Source: Amoeboaphelidium protococcarum X5
Lineage: Eukaryota; Fungi; Aphelidiomycota
Assembly (NCBI GenBank): GCA_023515725.1
Contig: JALDTO010000051.1
Span: 1 to 20,836 of the forward strand
DNA: 20,836 bases
Direction: 5' to 3'
A model generated the notes under the pieces. That model was given only the letters and a program-made list of their open reading frames with translations, ran no database searches and had not been told where the DNA came from. Positions within the stretch are counted from its first letter, which is position 1. Each line of letters opens with the position of its first letter. Below are positions 9,435 through 18,926 of the stretch, one piece after another. The translations under genes and the position numbers were made by a program.

Positions 9435-12072
9435 TCATTATTTCACTGCCACCCAGAAAGAGGCATACATGTTGACACGATCGATGCATTCGTGTAATAA
9501 AGCATCCTAATGGTTGCTTGATATCTCGGCGAGCAACGCATCCCATTTCCCGCTTGATTTCTCCTTATCGCTCACTCTTACACCAAGAGGAGAGACTCTG
9601 AACTGATGTTCTTCAAATACTCTCAAGTACCATGGTTTCTTGGCTGCACTACGGATCAGAATGCGACCACCCGCTTTTATTTTACGCTAAAATGCCTCAA
9701 CTTCTTCTTGCGCCAACTTTTCGTCAAACCAGTCCATGTGATCCATCACCACACACTTGGTCAATGTATCATCTGCGAGATCATTTAGCACGGCAGCAAT
9801 GGGACGTGTATGAATTCTAATAGATCTCAGATTGGCAGTCTTGATCAAGCGATCATATCCTTTCTGGGTAAGCCATTCAGGACAATTACCACTGTTATTG
9901 TTGGCATAACGCTGAGACAAGCACAAATGGTAAAAGTATGAAGTTTCCGACAGTAACTCTGCGCGAACCAGTGGATCAAAAGTGTTCACGATGTAGTCAT
10001 AGACATCACCATCAGAAAGGAGCATTTCCAGTTGTTCTTTAGGAACGCCCAGAGCTTCCCAAGCAAACTTGTAACTATTCAACAGACCGATCCACTTACG
10101 ATCCAGAAAGTGATGGCGCAACTCATTCTCCCAGATTGCGATTTGATTCTGCAAATTGTCCGCAGTACATAGTCTCACAATAACGCGGTCCAATCTCTTC
10201 ACTTTAGCAAGAAATTTGAACGCACGAATAGCCAATCCACTGGATCCAGTATGGTAAAAGTTGGTGAACGCGCAGTTACTCTTCCAAAACTGGTACGCAT
10301 GCAGCGACAGGTATGGAGATAGTCTAGTATCAAGCATCAGCTCAAAGCTTGGATGATATCCTTCTCCAAACAATGACCACACATCTTCGTAAGTGAGCGC
10401 AGTCATGGCAGCAATCTTCAATTCAAGCAGGTGCCCTTGACATGGATTCATATCAACACAGTGAATCTTGTGTGGTCCGTGCAGAGCATATTCCAATGCA
10501 TTACAACCACCAGAGGTCAAGATCAACATTTGGTCATCCTTCTGTAGATCCAGGAACTGCAAATCAACCTTTGGATCTTCCCAAGCAAACGCATAAATGT
10601 ACGTGGACAGACCAGGTATTGGTGTTGGATCAAATTCCATTCTCCATTAATGACTCTGTCCGTGTACATGCTTGAAACTTAGTAAAGGCTTTCCTTAACG
10701 TTTAGACACCGCATGAACATTACCGGCAGCCTTACTAGCAATAGAATTACTCATGCTGATAGCAGAATCAACGCCTTGATCATCATTATCATCATCTAAA
10801 TTCCAATCATTCAGTGTTGAGTAATTGTTTAACTTTTACACGGCTTGGTTCAGATCAACAGCAGATTTGGATTCAGTTGATACCTGCTAGTAGTCGATAG
10901 AGTGAGTTCCGATGAAAACGTAATAAGGCATCCCCAGCATACCTTTAATTACCCAGTTTCTACCATTAAACACCTTAATAGTGGCAAATTTGTGCTCCAA
11001 ATATTCTCTGCGCTCAGGACTCAAATAGATATTGTCCAATTCAAACCAGGATTGCCAAAACTTTCTAGTCAACCAGCCGTGATGTCTACTTGGATCATGC
11101 GGTGTGGGGTGTTTGGAAGATACATAAAAGTCCGACACACCAACAAGACCACATGGACTCAACATATCATACACTTTATCAACAATAGCATAATGAGAAG
11201 GGAACATACTGAGAGAATAGGACATGGTGATCAGTCCAATCTCAACATCATCCGCATCCATATCCACGTCGAAAGCCAAAGCATCTATACATTTGACATG
11301 AACATTAGACCAGCCAAGACGCTAAAACCTCTACTCAGCCACACGACATAGGGATGGAGTAATATCAACAACATACACGGCATGGAAATGATCAATAGGA
11401 ATATAGTTATTCATAATCTCGACATTTGATCCTGTCCCACCGCCAATATCAATCCAAATAAGTTTCTACACATGGAAATACATACACTTGATTATAGTAA
11501 CAACAACATCATTAACAACAAGGAAAATTAAGAATATGCAGTACCTTTTCACCGGTGTGGACCGGAACTGGGCGTAAATAAGGAGAAGACATGGGCGATG
11601 GAATATACTCACTGCAGTGGTCAGCATCACTTCCACAATCTTCAGCAGAAGCAGCAGCAGTTTACGTGCAATCAATGGGATGATCCAAAACCTTTAAATA
11701 GACTTGTTTCAGCTAAGCCGCGCAAAGCCTCAACATTGTCGATCGGCCGGCCAACAGACGCGCTCTCGTCTGGTCGTAAATATCAGCCTGGCCCTCATAG
11801 AACTTCTCGAGCATTTGCTGGTGAGCATTACTATCCTTAGTAGTAGTTGTTGTCGCTTCAGCATTAGAGGGTGAACTTTTAGAAGTAAAGAACGGTTTGA
11901 AGAAACAGTTCCATGCAAACTTGATATAGGTGATCACCAATTGCTTCTACCAAGTTCCCAACAACAGCAAATTCAACATGGTAATGATAGCAATAGATTC
12001 AGCATAGTTGAATGGAGAGAACCAAGTTAACACTGCATTGAGTACCAGTATCCAACGCACAGCCACCTTCAT
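9435..12072 (-). CDS. BTA1: Betaine lipid (DGTS) synthase, fused BtaB-like methyltransferase + BtaA-like DUF3419, ~852 aa; exons 12072-11545 and 11465-9435
   Basis: Motifs LEKFYEGQADIYDQTRARLLAGR, SAM-binding WIDIGGGTG, ITMSYSLSMFP, GVSDFYVS, YIYAFAWEDPKVD, LTSGGCNAL, VDMNPCQGHLLELK, VMDHMDWF and terminal DRVNMYASFW. The N-terminus is hydrophobic. The frame is continuous with TAR=Gln and ends at TGA 9437-9435. Confidence 0.93.
11466..11544 (-). other. Spliceosomal intron in BTA1 (79 nt, phase 0)
   Basis: AAG|GTACTG...GTGTAG|AAA. It is T-rich, contains an in-frame TGA, and its removal restores the frame into KLIWIDIGGGTG. Confidence 0.85.
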
Positions 12073-12355
12073 TACCTTGATAAAGAAAGATGATTATTAT
12101 AGGATGCAGAGTCACACACACACACACACTCGGATGGTAGAAGTTGATATGACGGCGAAGGAGAGGAAGATAGATCGCTTGTGCCGTAGGTTCGTATAAC
12201 TACGGTACTTATTGAGAAGGGCGACCGATCGATGTGGCTGCAGTCGCGCACGCGTTCAAACAAACATTAACCTAGTACAGTACGCGTGTGCAATTCACGC
12301 GCCATCAACGCTAACATTGAGAGCATCAGATCGATTGATTACACACACACACGCA
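12073..12355. promoter_or_regulatory. Putative bidirectional promoter of BTA1 and sideroflexin (283 bp)
   Basis: Head-to-head start codons at 12072 (-) and 12356 (+). Contains (CA)n tracts at ~12113-12129 and ~12341-12352, and ACGCGT at 12250 and 12282. Confidence 0.6.
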
Positions 12356-13450
12356 ATGTCAACTGCAGGCGGAATAGATTTAAGTAAGATTATTACCATT
12401 ATTATGATTAAGCGTTTTCTAACTAATTTTAAGTTGTGAAAGAGAATTAAGTGTAGTTAAGCCTTAGTATTCGCAGAGTACGTTCTATGGTAGAGTGTTG
12501 CACTTTGTAAAGTTGACAAGTCCACTCAACTTGTTTGTGACTGATCAGACTTTGAATAAGAGTAAGCGTCTCGTGGAATCTTACCAACAAGGGAGAGGGA
12601 ATCCATTCGCTGAGAATAAGAGGTATGATGAGCGGTCGCTGTGGAAGGCCAAGTACCTGATCGATGCAACATTTCATCCAGACACTAAAGAGAAGATTCT
12701 CCTACCATTTAGAATGTCAAGTTTCGTTCCCACAAATTTACTTGTTACTGCTGGTCTTCTGCTACCTAATGCAACCGTGAAGTAGGTAATCTTTTGGTAG
12801 TGGGTGAACTAAAGTGTAAATGTTGGTATTAATTGGGCAAATGCCAACAAGTCCACCTAAATGACGACAAATGAAACTTTGGTGGCCTACCTATCCGCAG
12901 TGTTTGCATCAGTGACTGTTGCAGTCGGACTGAATAGAGTAGTCAGGAGTCCTCTACTGTCACGGTTCGTTCCCTTTGTCGCGGTTGCCTCAGCCGGAGC
13001 GTTGAATGTCTTTCTGATGCGCCGCAAAGAACTTACTGAGGGAATAGATATATATGATGATCGCGGCAACCTTGCAGGTAAATCGTAAACTGCTGGAATG
13101 ACTGCCATCTCCCAAGTTGCCATCAGTAGAATTGCAACAAGTCTACCGTGTCTCACCATTCCACCGCTCGTGTTGTCACGTCTGGAAAAGTATTCATTTT
13201 TTACTAACTCTCCTACACGGTTAATGGCTGCTAATTTAGGTATTTATATTCCTGGTGTATTGATAACAACATTTAATTGAAATGTGAATTTCATGTAGGA
13301 CTAATAACAATTTGTTTAATGACTGCACTTCCGTGTGCAATAGCGCTATTTCCACAAAATGGCAGATTGCGGGTTGATCAACTTGAACCTGAACTTTAGA
13401 AGAAGCTGAAAGGCAAAACCAGATTTGTGACTTATAATAAAGGACTCTGA
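12356..13450 (+). CDS. FSF1: Sideroflexin (mitochondrial Mtc family, Fsf1-like), 320 aa; exons 12356-12383, 12457-13239, 13299-13450
   Basis: Motifs IDLIKPQYSQSTFYGRVLHF, HPDTKEKILLPFRMS, FWQWVNQSVNVGINWANAN, RFVPFVAVASAG, FLMRRKEL, QVAISRI, ALFPQ and terminal YNKGL*. The spliced CDS is 963 nt. Confidence 0.95.
12384..12456 (+). other. Sideroflexin intron 1 (73 nt, phase 1)
   Basis: GTAAGA...TTCTAAC...GTGTAG. Removing it restores the frame. Confidence 0.8.
13240..13298 (+). other. Sideroflexin intron 2 (59 nt, phase 1)
   Basis: GTATTT...CATGTAG. Removing it links to the conserved LPCAIALFPQ...YNKGL exon. Confidence 0.85.
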
Positions 13451-13509
13451 ATATATATTAAATTCAACCAACTATTCTATTCAAATACTTACAAAAACAC
13501 TTTCCCTGA

Positions 13510-16500
13510 TCAGAAATTTCTGGATACTATCGGACTCATCTAATCTTCATCGAAAAACACATCTCCTGAATCAGTGATGGAAGACTAGTGATCACTCCTA
13601 TCATCATCCTATTGTACTCTACCATTACCACTTGGAAGATCATGTAGAGAATCGGCGGCCTCAGAGTTATCACTGGATCCCTTGCCCAGAGAAGACTTGG
13701 ATCTTGACGTTAATCGCGTCAGACTTTTCGACAGACTTCGCAGAGATTTATTGAAATGATCAGCAATCTTATTCTTCTTCTTACCTTCTTCCGCTGGTAC
13801 CTGCGTTGACTTACTTACCACCCCACCCAGCTGTCCTGTCTGCTAGAGTTAATTCAAAATACTGGGCTAGCTTTTAGACAACTTTCGCTGTCTCATTTTA
13901 CCAATTTCATTAGTCTTCATTTGCAAAATCTCCTTAATGTCAATCATCGTCTCTCCCCCATAAGATACAGTCTCACCTTGACTCTAATCAGAGTGTAACT
14001 GTGGAGTAGACTGTGTGGCAACATCCTCGGAAACGTGCCATTTCGTCTATTGCAAATGTTTATCAACATACCCAGGAGTTGCCAATACGTCGTGAGATTC
14101 AGCAATATTACCACGACCACTGACAATTGACTCGTAAGATGCAGTTACAGAAGATGATAAGGTATCGACGGACTGATCAACACTACTATAAGCGGCTTTA
14201 TAAGGCTCATCTGCATATTCATCCTACTAGCCAGAATAAGCAATATGAAAGATTGGATTCAACATATCTACAAAAGTAGAACCAACACGATCACAATCTC
14301 CGACAGATTATAAGAATTGAGTACACAGCCTCCTCAGAGATCCATCAATATGATATAGTCCGATAGATAGTTGAGCGAGTCCACCATCTTTAAGTGAGAA
14401 ATCCTCCAACAACAGCAAAGTATCTTTTTCGGATTATTCAGCCATTCGACAAAGAGCCTTGTAACAATCAGAAACTTCCTATGTAGACAAGTCATTAGCA
14501 GATTTGAAAATTTAAGCAATCTACTCCGGAAGATAGAGATCAACAGCACGGCTCTAAACAGCAGCTGAATAATCTGAATCTCCTGCTCCAGCTTTCGCTA
14601 CTAAAGTCTGCGGTTACATCTATGGCTACTTTATTGACATTGATCTCTTCCTTTGAGCTTTCCCGACATTATTAGCTGCGGAATTAGCCGCTTTAGACTG
14701 AGAACCTTTATCAGATACTTACTACAGATATTCAACTAAATTCTTCAAAACAGGATCTTGAGCTACTTACGACTTGGTAAACGTCTTGTTCCGATACCGT
14801 TCCAGATAGAGATTTAGCCTTTAAGCATATGATTTCTGCAACTACTGAAAGGTTGACGTGCGCCGGAACTAGACAACTCTTATTGCATATAAATCCAATT
14901 GAATTTTCTAGTCATCGGAACTAGCAAAGATTTCTCTGGGACCAATCGTAGGAGGCATTTGGATAGTATTAGGAATTTCAACCAAATCAGAACTTTTGCT
15001 TTTGTAGTTGAACATCTATGAAGATGCACCAGATTAACCATGATGAATACTCTATTCATAAATATATGAAGAACATATTCTAAGAAAGCGGGACACGTAA
15101 TCACGTAAATACTACCTCACGTCAGACTCGGTGCTGCGACTTTAAACCATCTACATAACCACCTTCATAAATTTACAATCTTCTTATACCAACTACTACT
15201 CTTTATCGCTGTTCTAAAACAGATCTTAGTCAGCAGGCGCGACTTTTGATAAATTAGCAACTGAATATCCAGCATTCGAAGCTGCATTACTGACATCATC
15301 GGTAAATCCATAAGGTGATCTGGAATTGAGCTAAGAACTAAACTGCACTTTACCCGAGTTTAAATCAACAATGACGTCCCACCAATCTTGATGCATCTCG
15401 AATATTGGATTAACAGCACCGGCTATATACCCAGATACACTCAGTAATTAATCAACCATAGTCAATGGGACATATGGCAACAGTCTAGATTGGATATTCT
15501 CAATCATTGGAGTGAAAAGTGCAGCAAAGGCAAACACTAGACGAGAAATTTCACCGGCTGATTTCTTGGCTCCCAAAAATAGGATTCTTCGCTCACTCAG
15601 GACACTATGAATTAGGAGCATCAAAGGAGGCACTTCATCTGCAACAGGCTTGGGATGGAGTATGGAGATCAGTTACATGAGAGACTGCTCTCCAATTTCC
15701 ACGGGATAAAGAGTAATCGGCAGCTTTAGAGGTACATTCTTACCGTCAACCACAATTTTTGCTTCAAACTAATAATTGGTACCATCAAAATTTATAATTG
15801 CACTATTCTTTGCGACTTTGTCCTTACTAATACGGATAAATTCAGAGTACCTGGAGATTTGATGCGCAGGCCGACTAAATTATGGCATATATAGATAGCC
15901 ATTGACAGAGGAGATACAATTTTTAGTCTCATCATCATACAATACGGTTGAGCATCCACCACGAAGTAGAGTCTTTAAATTCTTTGTCAGTTGAGGATAG
16001 ACTAGACATAATTCATGAGAATTTATAGTCTAATACAGAGTTTACAGCTTATCCGCAGAGGGATTTTGAAAATACTTCTCGAGCGATAAAACTAGCAAAG
16101 GCTTGAAAGAACTCACAAATTAGCATTTGGATATTATGGCCAAACTCTTATGCAATTTCTATCCAGAGGAATCTGTGCGAGAGCGCATGAGACTGATTCC
16201 ATAAAGTAATCCTCCGTCAACTGTATCATCATTGATTTCATCCGCACTCTATAAAGCAGATAGTTGCAGCTTAGCAGTTAAAAATTCAGACTTGACAATA
16301 AACCTTATCCTTAAGCTGCAGCTACCAAAATTAAGAGTCATACACTGACTGTTTATATTACCAATCTGAAAATTGCAATCTTCTCTCCATCTGATGTAGT
16401 TATTGCGCACAATGTTACTGGATGACAGAAATTAAATTCCACCTTCTACAATCCTTAAATCAGCTTTGACATACATGGAGTCGGAATACTCTTGTATACG

Positions 16501-16884
16501 CTCATCAAACTTGAAGATCTAAACTTGATACTAGTTATCGCTCTAGTCCAGCTATATTGGCTCTTAAGCATCTTCCATCGTTGACTTTTTTACATTTATG
16601 ACAGCGCTGTTCTTGAGAATGGTGAAATATATCCAGTCATCATCTCGCAGCTCTGAACCTTCCGGTAGTATCAAATCGGCTAGATGTCTACACTATTCAA
16701 TACAATAAAAATTACACATTATAAGAGGATACTCATAATAACAATCTTACTACTTTTACTGTTGAAATTGATCTGAAAATGACTGAGGGTATTATACGGC
16801 AAGTTGTGGACCTTTGCCAGCCACATAATCTGCAACTAGAATGGCTTCAATAAACTATAATGACTACTGTTATGGTAAAGTCAT
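13510..16884 (-). CDS. AFI1: AFI1/MesA-like polarity protein (DENN-related Afi1 + SPA domains), ~1103 aa; probable intron 16750-16688
   Basis: A 3.4-kb frame with no internal TGA but dozens of TAA/TAG. Motifs IEAILVADYVAGKGPQLAVQYP, LADLILPEGSELRDDDWIYF, KSLAIISKCQFVSSFKPLLVLSLEKYF, PLMLLIHSVLSERRILFLG, RLLPYVPL, GYIAGAVNPIFE..WWDVIVDLNSGKV and GGLAQLSIGLYH. The C-terminal tail is Ser-rich and low complexity. Confidence 0.85.
16688..16750 (-). other. Probable in-frame (63 nt) intron in the AFI1-like gene
   Basis: GTAAGA...AGTGTAG, AT-rich, with the same size and end sequences as the other introns. It is not required to keep the frame open. Confidence 0.65.
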
Positions 16885-16946
16885 CGCTTTTTATATGTGA
16901 ATGCTCTGCTGAATTTTGACAATTATCACCAAACAATCGATAGAGA

Positions 16947-17064
16947 TGAAACAAGAAAACTTTGCGGTGAAACAACTTGATGGACTTGTGAAACCAGTTT
17001 GAAACCGGCGTGAAACAACATTCACATCAAAGTGAAACATGATCTGTTTAGGAAATCAGTTTCA
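16947..17064. promoter_or_regulatory. Cluster of seven TGAAAC motifs in the AFI1/hydrolase divergent intergenic region
   Basis: TGAAAC(A/C) on + at 16947, 16968, 16989, 17000, 17011 and 17033, with one inverted copy (GTTTCA) at 17059-17064. Confidence 0.7.
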
Positions 17065-17349
17065 CCTGCTCATCTTCATTCAGTATACTGAAGCTCTCTC
17101 AAGTTGACAGTATCTCTTAAATCTTGTTGTATTCAAATTTCAACTTTATTCACTCATCTTACCAGGGCATAAAATTGATTACCAGAACTTCGCATATAAG
17201 CTCCCACTTGCTGTTAAGATCAACTCGTAATCAATCACGTAAGCGTAATCACCTTCTATCCGATCATTCAGTTCCACCTTGTCATTCTTCTTAATTACAG
17301 TACTATTAGTATTTCGCAATATTAAATACATTTTTTTGTAATAGATAAA

Positions 17350-18837
17350 ATGATTTTACCTTTATAAATTCTGTATAGCATTGGCAAATATTATACTAGT
17401 GGTCCGCCGCGCAAGTCTTGGACACTTCGCTACTATCTGCACGTGGAGTTGATTAAGAACGCTCTGTCCATTGACAATGCTTAGTCACTCACTTACACTG
17501 AATTTCTCCTACATCTGAATGAGAAGAGGGGAAAGGTTGAGCAATTGGCTGGACTGTCTTTGCGTAGACTGAAGAATCTGTTCCCGGACTTGGATGTGAC
17601 CTCGGTGTCTATAGCGAGATTAGATGAACAATTGAAGCGTATGGTGGGCGATGACGAACATTTCAGTGGCAAGTTGGTGAATGTGAGAGAGTCGAATATA
17701 CCTTTGAACGGTGAAATGTCATCTCCACCCAATGCCAAAGACAGAGTCGCTCTTTATATTCATGGCGGTGCTCACATTTTAATGTCTATAAAGTCTCATC
17801 GCAGAATGGCCGCTATCGTCGCCTCACAATATCAGATTCATGTTCTATCCATCGATTACCGTCTAAGTCCCGAGAATCCATTCCCGTGTGCACTCTTTGA
17901 TTGTGTCGCCGCGTACATTCATCTATTGAAGAATGGTGGCTATCAGAGTGATTAGATACTTTTAATGGGCGACTCTGCTGGTGGACATTTGGCGCTGACT
18001 CTGCTCTTGTTCATTAAGAATTATCGCAAAGAGCTGAGTGAAGCTTATGGAGTCAATGTTGATCTTCCCCGTTGTGCTTGTCTATTCTCACCTTGGGGTG
18101 ATGTGACTCTATCGCTGCCCTCTGTCGACATGAATCATGGTACGGATTATCTGCACAATCCAAAGGCCACCGTGTCTCCTATCCCAGGAGTTGGATTCTT
18201 CTACTGGCTAGGTGGAGCGGCCTTTGAAGATATGCACGATGAAGAGAAAGTGCGCCATGCCGAGTCAGAGATGAGAGGTAATCCGTACGTGTGTCCATCA
18301 TTGTGTGGTTAGTTTGATGGTATGCCGCCAATGTTGTTGCAATGTGGCTCGGCTGAATTGTTAATGTCCGATTCCATAGCTGTGTACGTGCTGAATCAGT
18401 TTCCGGCTGATGAAGATGCCGCTGGTAAAAAGGTGAAAGCCTGTGAGAAGGTTATCATGTAAACTGCCGAGATGACGAGAGATGTTATTGAGAAGCATGA
18501 GATGGATTATGGTAACGATAATGTTGATGTTGATCAATAGGAAATGCGTGACAATTCTGACGAGGGACAGCAATTGGAAAATGTTGCCAGAAATGTCGAG
18601 ATTCAGTCTGGTCACAAAGGAACTATCAGAGTGGAAATCTATCATGAGATGGTGCACGCTTTCCAGTGTCTTGATATGGGAAGTGTCACTGATTGGGCCT
18701 TGACTAATGGCGGCAAATTTGTTTAGAATTGCTTCAGTCAGCCTGACTAGTTGGAATTTGGTATTCATTACAACAACTATCACAAGGACGTGGACAAGGT
18801 GACCCCATATCATCATTTATCCAAGAGCGAAGAGTGA
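17350..18837 (+). CDS. Hormone-sensitive-lipase-family alpha/beta hydrolase (Abhydrolase_3-like), ~495 aa
   Basis: One frame from ATG 17350 to TGA 18835-18837 with TAR=Gln. Motifs GPPRKSW, YIHGGA (oxyanion hole), IDYRLSPENPFPCALFD, GDSAGG (nucleophile), FSPW, LQCGSAE (acid) and MVHAF (His). The start codon is uncertain and an upstream exon cannot be excluded. Confidence 0.9.
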
Positions 18838-18926
18838 ACATATCGTTAATAATGTTCTAAATAAATTGTGAAATATTATGAAAATCCGATTGTTAGTAAC
18901 TGTCTCGTGATTGAACAACTAAATTT

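Noticed and set aside
10442-11918. Alternative-frame and antisense ORFs inside BTA1 (10442-10675, 10902-11351, 11466-11675, 11598-11840, 11730-11918)
   Set aside because: All are explained as shadows of the BTA1 coding sequence and its intron.
16947-17064. CRISPR-like reading of the repeat-spacer pattern
   Set aside because: The repeat is only 6-7 bp with 4-16 bp spacers, there are no cas genes, and the context is eukaryotic.
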